A DNA stretch of 64,000 nt from Deltaproteobacteria bacterium (GTDB lineage: Bacteria; Desulfobacterota; Desulfuromonadia; Geobacterales; Geobacteraceae), in the NCBI GenBank assembly GCA_009668975.1, contig SBEG01000013.1, positions 24,602-88,601 of the forward strand, written 5' to 3'. Numbering within the stretch: the first letter of the stretch is position 1; every line of letters starts with the position of its first letter. Made by a program: the position numbers and the translations under genes. The notes under the pieces were generated by a model, which was not told the origin of the DNA, made no database searches, and saw nothing but the letters and a program-made list of their open reading frames with translations. This document shows, one piece after another, positions 26,126 to 36,027 of this stretch.

Positions 26126-27745
26126 TCAGAGGATAAAATCCGTGGTCAGAAAGTGCGATTTCCGCTCCTTGACGATATTAGTAATGATCTCCCGATTTTC
26201 GTCCGTTTCCCGGGCTGAAACGACGATTCGGATCGAGAAGATCCTCAGGGCATCGGAGACCGACTGGGTCCCTTCGGCGGAATCCTTCCTGCCGTTGAAG
26301 GGGAAGGTATCCGGACTGCGCTGGCATTGGCTGTTGATGTTGATACGGCACACCTGGTTGACCAGCGAATCGACCAACTGGGCCAACTGGTCCGTATCCT
26401 GCCCGAAAATGCTCGCCTGCTGACCGTAGTTGGAATTCACCACGTAATTGATCGGTTCGGAAATATCATCATAGGGCACCACCGGGATCACCGGACCGAA
26501 CTGCTCTTCCCCGTAGATCCGCATCGCGTCTGAAACCGGATACAGCAGCGCCGGGTAGAAAAAGGAGTTAACCGCTGTCCCTCCACCCGGATTAACGACC
26601 CTTGCCCCGTGACTTTCCGCATCGCGAATAAGCCCCTCCAGATACATCGGCTTCTCCATTTCCGGCAACGGAGTAATGGTTACCTCATCCTCCCAGGGCA
26701 TCCCGCATTTCAGCCCGGTTATCCCTTTGACCATTCGCTCCAGAAAATCGTCAGCCACCGCACGGGGAACGAAGATGATCTTCAGGGCCGTACAGCGCTG
26801 GCCGTTATAGGTCAAACAGCCGCGAATGCATTCGCTCGCCGCGAGATCCAGGTCGGCGTCAGGCAGGATGATGGCCGGGTTCTTGGCATCCAGGCCGAGC
26901 ACGCAGCGCAGGCGATGCGGCCGGGGGTGGGTCCTGCGCAGTGCATCGGCCACCCTGTTGGTACCGATAAAAGCAAGCACATCCACCTTGCCGGAGGCTA
27001 ATAGCGGCTGCACAACTGTCTCGCCCTCACCGTAGACCGTATTGATTACCCCCGCGGGGAAGGAATCCCGCAACGCCTCGAGCAGCGGCTGAAAGAGCAG
27101 TATGCCGAAGCGGGGCGGTTTCAGCAGCAGGGTATTGCCCATGACAAGGGACGGAATCAGGGTGGTGAAGGTCTCGTAGAGGGGAAAGTTGTAGGGCCCC
27201 ATGCAGAGCACCACCCCCAGGGGCGCCCGGCGGATCTGACCGATAATGCCCTGCTGGATGACGAATCTCGAGGAGACGCGGTCCAGTTCCTTCAAGGCGT
27301 CCAGCGTTTCGCGGATATAGGTTATTGCGCGATCGAATTCCCGCTCCGCCTCGCTGAAAGACTTGCCGATCTCCCACATGAGAAGCTTGACGATCTCGTC
27401 CCGCCTGGTCAGCATGGCGCGGGTAAAACGCTGGACACACTGAATTCTTTCACCCACCGACATGGTCGGCCAGACACCTCGGCCGTTGTCGTAGGCGCGC
27501 ACCGCAACCTCGAGCGCCTCGCAGGACGCTTCCCGGGTAAGCAGGGGATAATGACCTACCAGACGCCGGTTAAAATCCGTACCCTTTTTCACCCAGACCG
27601 GCGACAGGACCTCCTGCAGAGGGCCGGACCAGTCGCGCAATTCCCCGTTTACCAGGTAATAATTCTGGCAGACCGGTGCTTCAATACGATATTTTTGCGG
27701 AATTTCCTCTTCATGGGGAAATAGCGATTCAATGGTGTCTTTCAT
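26126..27745 (-). CDS. Aldehyde dehydrogenase family protein (GapN-like, non-phosphorylating)
   Basis: 539 aa with ALDH fold and catalytic Cys context YNGQRCTALK. Confidence 0.8.
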   Translation of the reverse strand: MKDTIESLFPHEEEIPQKYRIEAPVCQNYYLVNGELRDWSGPLQEVLSPVWVKKGTDFNRRLVGHYPLLTREASCEALEVAVRAYDNGRGVWPTMSVGERIQCVQRFTRAMLTRRDEIVKLLMWEIGKSFSEAEREFDRAITYIRETLDALKELDRVSSRFVIQQGIIGQIRRAPLGVVLCMGPYNFPLYETFTTLIPSLVMGNTLLLKPPRFGILLFQPLLEALRDSFPAGVINTVYGEGETVVQPLLASGKVDVLAFIGTNRVADALRRTHPRPHRLRCVLGLDAKNPAIILPDADLDLAASECIRGCLTYNGQRCTALKIIFVPRAVADDFLERMVKGITGLKCGMPWEDEVTITPLPEMEKPMYLEGLIRDAESHGARVVNPGGGTAVNSFFYPALLYPVSDAMRIYGEEQFGPVIPVVPYDDISEPINYVVNSNYGQQASIFGQDTDQLAQLVDSLVNQVCRININSQCQRSPDTFPFNGRKDSAEGTQSVSDALRIFSIRIVVSARETDENREIITNIVKERKSHFLTTDFIL

Positions 27746-27840
27746 GGGAAATCTCCTGACAGCCGCCTCATTCGGTTCCGGGCGAAAGGGTAATAGTAGT
27801 ACAGCTGGGGCTGTCCTGTCAAAAGAACACTGTGGGAAAA

Positions 27841-28539
27841 TTATCGGAAGGAAACACTGGGCGAAGACAAAGCAACCAGCATCTTTGCATCGAGGATCAT
27901 GGCGCCGTCAGGATAGAGAGCCACCGGATTGAGGTCGAGCTCCTCCAGCAGACCGGTTGCCATCAGTTCGGAAACCGCCACCAGAATATCGGCCAGGGAC
28001 TCGAGGTCGCAGGGCGCGGCACCGCGATAACCGGTCAGGAGCCGGTAGCCTTTCAGCTGCGCCATAAGCTGGAAGGCATCATAGCGCGTCAAGGGCGCCA
28101 AGGCAAAAGCCACATCCTGGAAGAGCTCGACAAAAATCCCGCCAAGGCCGAACATGACCACCGGCCCGAACTGGGGGTCAACAATGCCGCCGACGATGAC
28201 TTCCGTGCCCGGACTCGCCTGTTCCTCAAGGATCACCCCTTCCACATCCTGGATTTTCATCAGGTCAGAGCAGGCGGCGGCAGCCGCGGCGGCATCCTTC
28301 AAGCCGAAACGAATCCCGCCCACATCGGTTTTGGAGCGGATTTTCGCTGAAAACACCTTTGCCACCAGGGGGTAGCCAAGACCGGAGAATTCCGGGAACG
28401 GCGTACCCACGGGAAGATAGAGACTTCGAGGCGAGGGAAGTCCTGCTTCGCGGAGGAACTCCTTCACTGCCTGCTCCGGAAGAACCCTGGTTCCCGCATA
28501 TTTCTCAAGAAAATGGCGCAGCTGATTTTCTCTATCCAT
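27841..28539 (-). CDS. ADP-forming acyl-CoA synthetase, beta subunit (ATP-grasp)
   Basis: 233 aa from MDRENQLRHFLEKY. It overlaps the alpha-subunit stop by 8 nt. ATP-grasp-like GYPLVAKV...GGIRFGL. Confidence 0.75.
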   Translation of the reverse strand: MDRENQLRHFLEKYAGTRVLPEQAVKEFLREAGLPSPRSLYLPVGTPFPEFSGLGYPLVAKVFSAKIRSKTDVGGIRFGLKDAAAAAAACSDLMKIQDVEGVILEEQASPGTEVIVGGIVDPQFGPVVMFGLGGIFVELFQDVAFALAPLTRYDAFQLMAQLKGYRLLTGYRGAAPCDLESLADILVAVSELMATGLLEELDLNPVALYPDGAMILDAKMLVALSSPSVSFR

Positions 28540-29887
28540 GCCGGCCTCCTCGAGTGTCCAGAAGCGCGGCAAGCCCCCGCATCGCCCGCTCCGGCGAGCG
28601 GTAAACCGGTATTCCGGCCCGCTCCAGCAGGCGAATAAGACGGGGCGCCACCCCGCCTTGGGCAATGTGCACGACCAGCGGTTTCCCAACCGATTCCCTG
28701 AAATTGCGCAGATATTCGCCAAGCCCCAGGGTAATCCCGGGAACGCCGGTCAGGGCGATGACCAGGAAGCTGTCATAATGGTCGCCCACAGCCTGCAGGG
28801 TCTGCCGGTAATCCTCGATCCGCGCCTGGCCGGTCAGATCGACCGGGTTTGCAACGGTGTAAAAAGAAGGAAAAATTTCTCGAAGTCCATTCCGGATGTC
28901 AGTCGGCAATTCCGGCATTTCCAGTCCCAAACGCGCGCATTCATCCGCTGCCAACACCCCCGAACCGCCGCCGTTGGTAATGATGCAGACGCGATTTCCA
29001 TGGGAGGGCCGTTGGTAGGATACAGCCTTGGCCGCGTCGAGGAGGTCATCAAAATCCAGCGCCTCCCGGAGACCGGATTGCTTCATCAGCGAATGAAAAA
29101 CCCGGTAGTCACCCGCCAGCCTGCCGGTGTGTGAAAAAGCGGCAGCCCGCCCCCCGGCTCCCTTGCCGGCCTTGAGAATCAGCAGAGGCTTCCGCGCGGA
29201 GAGGAAGCGGGCCGCTTCAAGAAACCGCCGGCCGTCAGCCACCGACTCCAGATAGGAAACAACCACTTCGGTCGAGTCGTCGACGGCGAGATATTCAAAG
29301 ATCTCCGCTGCATCCAGATCCACGGCGTTGCCGTAGTTGATCGCTTTGGAAACGCCGGTGTTCGCCATCCGGACAGCGTCCAGGATACACATCATGACGG
29401 CGCCGCTCTGGGAGACGACCGCCACATTGCCCCGTCTCGGTCTTTTCAGGTTCTCAGGGGGAAGAAACAACGTATCAAGCCGATGGTGCGGGTTAAAAAT
29501 ACCGAGGCAATTGGGACCGATCAGCCTGAGTTTCAACTCCCGGCCGATGCGGACGATCTCCTTCTGCAAAGCGTTATTGCCCACTTCGGCAAAACCGGCA
29601 CTGACAATCAGGACAAAGCGCGCCTTGCCCGCGTGCTCCGCCAGAATTCCCGGCACCTCGACCGCCGGACGCATGATGATCGAGAGATCCACGGCTTCGG
29701 GAATCTCCCGGATAGAAGGATAGCAGCGGGTTCCCAGCACGTCCTCATACTTCGGATTAACCGGATAGACATTTTTCTTAGTCCGCAGGAGGTTGCGCAG
29801 GGCGATTCCTCCGAGCTTTTCCTCGTGGGGAGATGCCCCAATCAGGGCAATGCTTTTCGGGAAGAAAAGTGGATCGAGTTCTTTCAT
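28532..29887 (-). CDS. ADP-forming acyl-CoA synthetase, alpha subunit (CoA-binding plus ligase-CoA domains)
   Basis: 451 aa. KSIALIGAS (CoA-binding) and phospho-His loop AAFSHTGRLAG. Confidence 0.8.
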   Translation of the reverse strand: MKELDPLFFPKSIALIGASPHEEKLGGIALRNLLRTKKNVYPVNPKYEDVLGTRCYPSIREIPEAVDLSIIMRPAVEVPGILAEHAGKARFVLIVSAGFAEVGNNALQKEIVRIGRELKLRLIGPNCLGIFNPHHRLDTLFLPPENLKRPRRGNVAVVSQSGAVMMCILDAVRMANTGVSKAINYGNAVDLDAAEIFEYLAVDDSTEVVVSYLESVADGRRFLEAARFLSARKPLLILKAGKGAGGRAAAFSHTGRLAGDYRVFHSLMKQSGLREALDFDDLLDAAKAVSYQRPSHGNRVCIITNGGGSGVLAADECARLGLEMPELPTDIRNGLREIFPSFYTVANPVDLTGQARIEDYRQTLQAVGDHYDSFLVIALTGVPGITLGLGEYLRNFRESVGKPLVVHIAQGGVAPRLIRLLERAGIPVYRSPERAMRGLAALLDTRGGRHG

Positions 29888-29929
29888 ATCACTCCAAGGC
29901 GGGTAGCAGGCTGAAAACTGAAGAAAACC

Positions 29930-31123
29930 TCATACACTTTCAATGAACAGCAGCGCCGGGTCTTCCAGGTAGCTCGCCACCCGGCTCAGGAAACGGGTGG
30001 CATCGCCGCCGTCCGTAACCCGATGGTCGAAGGTGAGCGAAAGGGGCAGGATCTTGCGTATGGCGATTTCTCCCTTCACCACCCAGGGTTTGTCGCTGAT
30101 CCGGCCGCAACCGAGGATCGCCACATCCGGGTAATTGATGATCGGTGTTGCGAAGCTTCCGCCAAACTGGCCGAAATTGCTGATGGTGAAACTGCTCCCC
30201 TTCATCTCCGCCAACGTGATGGTCCGTTCCCGCGCCCGCTCAGAAAGAGTCTGCAGCTCCTTTGCCAGGTCGATGATGGTCTTCTGCTCCACATTGCGCA
30301 GCACCGGAACGACGAGCCCCTCGGCGGTATCCACCGCAAAACCGATATTGCAGTACTTTTTCAGGATAATCGCTTCACCTTCCTCATCCACCGCGGCATT
30401 CAGGTAGGGGTGTTCACGGAGGGCGTGCTGGACCGCCTTGATGATGAAAGGGAAATAGGTCAGATGAATACCCCGGGCGTCGAGTCCGGCGTTTTCCCGA
30501 ACCCGCAGATTCCCGAGTTCGGTGACGTCAACCTCTTCCATCCCGGTGACACAGACGGTCATCTGGTGGGATTTGAGCAGGTTCCGGGCAATGGTGCGAC
30601 GCAGGCCGCGCAAGGGAATGCGCTCCACCTCCCCGGGCTCGCCGGCGGCCGCCGCCCCCTTCCGGCCCGCCGAAAGTAGGTCTTCGCGGGTAATGCTGCC
30701 ACGCGGTCCGGTGCCGGTAATCCCTTCGAGGGAAAGCCCCTTTTCACGGGCCAGCGCCCTGACCGCCGGAGTGGCAAGCACCTGGGTCGGGAGCGTTTCC
30801 TCGGCCTCGGGCAATTCCCCCACCACCGACACGGAACGGGACTTGGACTGGATCTCCGGCTCGGGTCCGGGCTTTAGCTCTTCACCCTCTTCAACAATCG
30901 ACAGCAGCGTTTCACCGACCTGAACGGTCTCCCCTTCACTGCGTGCCAGGGAAAGGACCTTTCCCGCCCGGGGGGTCGGCACCTCGACCACCGCCTTATC
31001 GGTCTCAACCTCGACCACCGGTTGATGTTCCAGCACGGTATCGCCAACCCTGACCAGCCATTTCCTGATCTCGGCCTCGGTGATGCCCTCTCCCAAATCC
31101 GGCAAGGTAAAATCAAACGGCAT
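29930..31123 (-). CDS. 2-oxoacid dehydrogenase E2 (dihydrolipoamide acyltransferase)
   Basis: Lipoyl-Lys VETDKAVVEV, E3/E1-binding ATPAVRALAREKG, catalytic DHRVTDG. Confidence 0.9.
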   Translation of the reverse strand: MPFDFTLPDLGEGITEAEIRKWLVRVGDTVLEHQPVVEVETDKAVVEVPTPRAGKVLSLARSEGETVQVGETLLSIVEEGEELKPGPEPEIQSKSRSVSVVGELPEAEETLPTQVLATPAVRALAREKGLSLEGITGTGPRGSITREDLLSAGRKGAAAAGEPGEVERIPLRGLRRTIARNLLKSHQMTVCVTGMEEVDVTELGNLRVRENAGLDARGIHLTYFPFIIKAVQHALREHPYLNAAVDEEGEAIILKKYCNIGFAVDTAEGLVVPVLRNVEQKTIIDLAKELQTLSERARERTITLAEMKGSSFTISNFGQFGGSFATPIINYPDVAILGCGRISDKPWVVKGEIAIRKILPLSLTFDHRVTDGGDATRFLSRVASYLEDPALLFIESV

Positions 31124-31126
31124 GGT

Positions 31127-32089
31127 TCAGTACCTCAAGAGTTCATCAACAGCGGCACAGATCCGCGCACTGTCGGGGAGATAATGTTCAACAAGCTTTG
31201 CCAGCGGCACCGGCACATCGGGTCCCGCGACACGCAGGATCGGTCCCCGCAGGTGCAGGATCGCCTCTTCGGCGATGGTTGCAGCCAATTCAGCCCCAAA
31301 CCCGCAGGTTTTGGGTGCCTCATGGACGATAACCACCCGGCCGGTTTTCCGCACGGAGCGGAGAATCGTTTCCTCATCAAACGGTGAAAGGGTCAGCAGA
31401 TCGATGATTTCAGCATCGTAGGGAGCCAACACCTTCAGCACCCTTTCGAGCATGCTGCCCCAAGCGATAACCGTCACCTCACTGCCTTCGCGGGCAATGC
31501 GGGCCTTGCCGAGCGGGAGGGTATACTCCCCTTCCGGCACCTCCTCCTTGATCATCCGATAGAGCCGGGTCGGTTCCAGAAAAATCACCGGGTCGGGATC
31601 GCGGAGCGCGGACAACAACAGCCCTTTCGCCGCATAGGGGCCGGACGGCACCACCACCTTGATACCCGGCATGTGGCAGAATAGGGCTTCGCTGCTTTCC
31701 TCATGGAGTTCTGGAGCCTTGATGCCCGCCCCGTAGGGTGTCCGGATTACCAGCGGACAGGTAAACCTGCCCCGGGAGCGGTTCCGGTAGCGCGACGCAT
31801 GGGAAAAGATCTGGTCAAAGGCCGGATAGATAAAGCCCATGAACTGGATCTCCGCAACCGGTCGCAGGCCGTACAGTGCCATGCCGATGGCGGTCCCGAC
31901 AATGCCAGATTCCGCCAGAGGCGTATCGATCACCCGCCGCTCACCAAAGGCCTCAAGCAGGCCGTCGGTAACCCGAAAGACCCCGCCGTCCTTGCCCACA
32001 TCCTCCCCGAGCAGCACAATCCGGTCGTCCCGCTCCATCTCTTCCCGCAGGGCCAGGTTGATGGCCTGTACCATATTACAGGTCGGCAT
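31127..32089 (-). CDS. 2-oxoacid dehydrogenase E1 beta subunit
   Basis: 320 aa. AINLALREEMERDDRIVLLGEDVG...VIDTPLAE. Confidence 0.9.
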   Translation of the reverse strand: MPTCNMVQAINLALREEMERDDRIVLLGEDVGKDGGVFRVTDGLLEAFGERRVIDTPLAESGIVGTAIGMALYGLRPVAEIQFMGFIYPAFDQIFSHASRYRNRSRGRFTCPLVIRTPYGAGIKAPELHEESSEALFCHMPGIKVVVPSGPYAAKGLLLSALRDPDPVIFLEPTRLYRMIKEEVPEGEYTLPLGKARIAREGSEVTVIAWGSMLERVLKVLAPYDAEIIDLLTLSPFDEETILRSVRKTGRVVIVHEAPKTCGFGAELAATIAEEAILHLRGPILRVAGPDVPVPLAKLVEHYLPDSARICAAVDELLRY

Positions 32090-33170
32090 GGGCGCTCACC
32101 TCCAGGTCCCTGGTCTGCCGGGGGGTACAACTCTCGAAGACCGTGCGGAAAATTTCACCCCGCTCGGGCGGCGGGGCGCTTTCCGCATCCCGGACCGCCT
32201 GATCGATCGTCTCGCGGGTCCGCTTTTCCAGCTCCGTTTGGAAGTCCTTGCTCCAGTGGCCACGCTTTTCAAGAAAGAGGCGCAGACGCTCCAGCGGATC
32301 CCTGTGCTTCCATTCCTCCACCTCCGCTGAGCTCCGGTAGCGGTCGGCATCGTCAGCCGTGGTATGGTGGGAAATCCGGTAGGTAAAGCACTCGATGAAG
32401 GTAGGTCCGCCACCGCAGCGGGCCCGCTCAAGGGCCTTTCGGGTCGCGCTATAGACAGCAAAAACATCATTGCCGTCCACCTGGATCCCCTCGATGCCAT
32501 AGGCGAAAGCTTTCTGGGCAAGGGTGGCGGAGGCGGTCTGACGGCTGCGCGGCACGGAAATGGCCCATTGATTGTTCTGGCAGATGAACACTACCGGCAG
32601 ACGGTAGACACCGGCAATGTTAAAACCTTCGTGAAAATCTCCCTTGGAAGTCGCTCCGTCACCGAAATAGGCAACCACGGCAACCTTATCGCCGCGATAA
32701 CGGGCTGCCATGGCGGCACCTGCGGCATGGGGAATATGGGTTCCCACCGAAACGGAGACCGGCAGGACGTTAAGCCCCTCGGGACAGAGCTGGCCCCGCT
32801 CATCCCCTGCCCAGTAGCGGAACAACAGCTCAAGGGGATAGCCCAGGGTTATATGCACCCCGGTCTCGCGGAAGGAGGGGAAAACCCAGTCGCTCTTTTC
32901 CAGGGCAAAGGCGCTGCCGACCTGGGCGGCCTCCTGGCCGAGAATTGAGGGGTAGGTTCCGATCCGCCCTTCCCGCTGCAGGTTGAGGGCTCGACCGTCA
33001 AAAGCCCGGGAGAGGAACAAAAGTTCATACAAGCGCAGGAATTCCTCCCGGGACAGACGGGGAAGCAGCGACTCGTCTGCATTGCCTTCCGGGTCAAGGA
33101 TCTCCAGGCGCGTAACGGAAAAAGTATCGATAATTATCTCTGGCATGACCTCTATCATAGCATGCAACAT
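32076..33170 (-). CDS. 2-oxoacid dehydrogenase E1 alpha subunit (branched-chain type)
   Basis: TPP motif GDGATSKGDFHEGFN and YRISHHTTADD (BCKDH-like). The start is ambiguous (33170, 33158 or 33146). Confidence 0.85.
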   Translation of the reverse strand: MLHAMIEVMPEIIIDTFSVTRLEILDPEGNADESLLPRLSREEFLRLYELLFLSRAFDGRALNLQREGRIGTYPSILGQEAAQVGSAFALEKSDWVFPSFRETGVHITLGYPLELLFRYWAGDERGQLCPEGLNVLPVSVSVGTHIPHAAGAAMAARYRGDKVAVVAYFGDGATSKGDFHEGFNIAGVYRLPVVFICQNNQWAISVPRSRQTASATLAQKAFAYGIEGIQVDGNDVFAVYSATRKALERARCGGGPTFIECFTYRISHHTTADDADRYRSSAEVEEWKHRDPLERLRLFLEKRGHWSKDFQTELEKRTRETIDQAVRDAESAPPPERGEIFRTVFESCTPRQTRDLEVSAHADL

Positions 33171-33191
33171 TACGCCGTCAACGATTCAGTC

Positions 33192-33223
33192 AATTGTGCG
33201 ATATCTTACACAAGAGCACAATT
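33192..33223. promoter_or_regulatory. Inverted repeat in the divergent promoter region
   Basis: AATTGTGC-N16-GCACAATT. Confidence 0.25.
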
Positions 33224-33267
33224 AGTTTCCATCCGGATACTCCGGATGAATTATCTTCAGCGACGTA

Positions 33268-35433
33268 TTGTTACCGAGGTACCAAGCCATGAAAATCAGA
33301 ACACTGGTCCTGACGCTCCTTTGCCTGGGACTTCTTGCCGCCCGGGCTTTTCCCGCTGATCTGGGTCTGGTCAGAATGGGAATCGTGCAAGGCGATGTAC
33401 AGATATTTACCGAGGAAGCAGGAGACTGGGTTCCCGCTGCCGTTAACACACCCCTGACCCAGGGAAACCGGGTCTGAGTTCCCGAAGGTGGAAGAAGCGA
33501 ACTCCAGGTTCAGGGCGGACTCTTTATCCGTCTCGACGAATTGACCTCTTTCGACCTGCTTTCCCTGGAAGAAACTTCCTACGAGTTTATCGTAAACGGT
33601 GGCCGAACCTATCTTTACAACCGCAGCTCCAGCGGCAATCAGCTGCGGCTTACTACTCCGGTAAGCTCCGTCACCCTAAAAGACGCTGCGAAAATCATGC
33701 TTGATGTGGCAGAAAACGGCACGACGGAAATTTCCGTTCTGCATGGCTATGCCTCTGCGGAAACCGGAAACGGGCGAATCGGCATACCGTCCGGCAGAAC
33801 GCTCAGAATCGGCGAGGACCTGAGGACAGAGTCATTTCCGCTTAATTCCCCCGATGAGTGGGAAGAATGGAATCAGGATCTGGACCAAAGAATCAGCGAA
33901 TCTGACGAGAGCAGCCGCTATCTGCCCGAAGAACTCACCACCTACAGTCACGACTTTGACAGCAACGGCAGATGGCTCTACGACAACAGTTACGGCCACG
34001 TCTGGACCCCTTCCGTCTCGGTCTCCCTGAACTGGGCACCCTATCACGACGGCAGATGGGTCTGGATCGGTGGCCATTACGTCTGGATTTCCTCTGAGCG
34101 CTGGGGCTGGGCTCCTTACCACTATGGCAGATGGATCTTCCTGCGGCACGGCTGGTGCTGGGTTCCGCCGCGCCGGGGCGCCGTATATTGGGGACCGGGC
34201 TATGTCGGCTGGGTCCATACGCCAACCCATGTCTCCTGGGTTCCGTTGGCTCCGGGAGAGACCTATTACGGACACGGCTACTACGGTCCGGGTAGCGTAA
34301 ACATCAACGTCGCGGTAAACAATAATTTTTCGACGAACCGTCACTACATCAACAGAAACGCCCGGAACGCCGTCAGGGTTATGCATCGGGATACTTTTCT
34401 CCGTGGCAGACAGGTTGCCGTTTCTGCCCGGGAAAATCCCTTTCATCAGAATAATGCGGGAACCGGGCCGCCGAGATTCAAACCGGACCGGGAAACGTAC
34501 TCTCCGGTCTTGAAAAAAGTTCCGGCTTCAAAACAGCCACCGCAGAGGATTCGTACTTTCCGTTCGGATAGCTGGCTGAAGGAACGGCGGCAAAATCTGG
34601 AAAGACGCAGCCCCGTAATAAGCCCGACGTTTTCGCCACGCGAACTGCCGTCGCAATCCCGCGAAACGCCGAAAAGAATCGAGCGTCAGCAGAGACCCGA
34701 AGTTTATAGTGACAGGCTGCGGCAACGAGAGGGAAGACAACCGCAAAGATGGAATCAACTGCGGCGGGAACTGCCGGCACAGGGAAATGAACCGCTAACC
34801 GCAATCACACCAGCCACAACGAAAAGAACCAGGGGAGAAGCCACGCCAAGCGGACCACGACAACTGAGTCAACCGGCAACGAGCAGGGGAACTCCACATC
34901 AGGTTGCGCCTCAGCAGCGTCAACCAGCCGCCATCAGGGTTGCACCTCAGCCGGTCGCACCTCAACCGGTAGCTCCGACGCCGGTCTGGGCGCCTTCGAA
35001 GCCGAGGCAGCAGGATCAGGGACGATCTTTCAGCCCCCAGCAGCAACAGCGCACACCGGTGACGATCCAGAGCACACGTCCTGACGTCTCGCAGACACCA
35101 ACCCCGGCAACACAACCGCGGCAGCTGCAAAGGGCACCTCAGCAGCAGATCCCGCAGAATTCGAAGACGATCCGGCAAACGGTCCCCAGAGCAAGGGAAA
35201 GAACGATACATCAGCCGCAACAGCAGCGCAGGCAAGAATCATTTCGGCAAGACTCGCAGACCATCCTACAGAATCAGCCCGTGGCTGCGCAACCAAGCGT
35301 AAACCAACCTGCGTCCAGCCGGGAAACCACCACGACAACCACCAGCGAATACCGGCAGCAGAGAGGGAATTTTGAAAAACGGCCGACTTTCCAGAGGAGT
35401 GAAAGAATCGGGGAGAATCGCCAGTCCAGATAA
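33268..35433 (+). pseudogene. FecR-like / W-Y-G-rich / Pro-Gln-rich secreted protein interrupted by an in-frame TGA at 33475-33477
   Basis: The signal peptide plus FecR-like start (33268-33474) and the 630-aa ORF (track start 33541) are in the same frame. The 21 codons after the stop (VPEGGRSELQVQGGLFIRLDE) continue the domain. Confidence 0.7.
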
Positions 35434-35439
35434 GCAGGT

Positions 35440-35970
35440 TCAGACCTCAACCTTTTTCTTTCTTCCAACCTTTTTTGTGACCGCTTGCTCCGGCTGGTTC
35501 ACTTCCGGTGAGAGGATAAGCTGGGGCGGGATCTCCTGGGCGCCAAGGATGGCGACCATCTGCTCGAGACCGTCATCGATCTTTTTCAGATTTTGCGCGG
35601 AGAGCCTTTCGAGCCCTGCCACCAGAAGACCTTGCGCAACCTGGGGAGATTTTTCCACGATGGCGAGCCCTTCCGGCGTCAACCCGACATGCACGACCCG
35701 CCGGTCTTCCTGTGAACGGGTCCGGGACACCAGCCCTTTTTTCTCCAGGCGGTCCAGAATGCCCACGGTGGTGGCCGGATGCAGATAAATGCGGCGAGCC
35801 AGGTCCGATACCCGGATGCTTTCGGCCTCCGCAATAACTTTGATGGTCCAAAGCTGGGGGCTGGTAAGGCCGGTTTCCCGTTCAGCCCTTTTCGACTGGC
35901 CATGGACCACCTGAAAAACCCTGCGCAGGTTGTCAACTATTTCAGCAATTTGTTTGGATTTTTCTTGCAT
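35440..35970 (-). CDS. MarR-family transcriptional regulator with a Lys-rich C-terminal tail
   Basis: wHTH region LTSPQLWTIKVIAE...VSDLARRIYLHPATTVGILDRLEKKGLV.R. Tail KKVGRKKKVEV. Confidence 0.85.
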   Translation of the reverse strand: MQEKSKQIAEIVDNLRRVFQVVHGQSKRAERETGLTSPQLWTIKVIAEAESIRVSDLARRIYLHPATTVGILDRLEKKGLVSRTRSQEDRRVVHVGLTPEGLAIVEKSPQVAQGLLVAGLERLSAQNLKKIDDGLEQMVAILGAQEIPPQLILSPEVNQPEQAVTKKVGRKKKVEV

Positions 35971-36027
35971 TAAATCTCCGTGCAGAGAGAAAGTTTATTC
36001 CCTATCGTAGTTACACCTGCCGCATCC

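Noticed and set aside
33475-33477. The TGA read as selenocysteine, or as evidence of a reassigned genetic code
   Set aside because: I could not fold a convincing SECIS-like hairpin immediately downstream. Many genes in the window terminate at TGA at their natural ends (for example cydC and rsmD). The second interrupted gene uses TAA, so code reassignment is not supported.
33541-35433. The 630-aa ORF treated as an independent gene starting at TTG 33541
   Set aside because: The upstream 21 in-frame codons and the preceding 69-aa signal-peptide ORF form one continuous FecR-like N-terminus. No RBS precedes the TTG.
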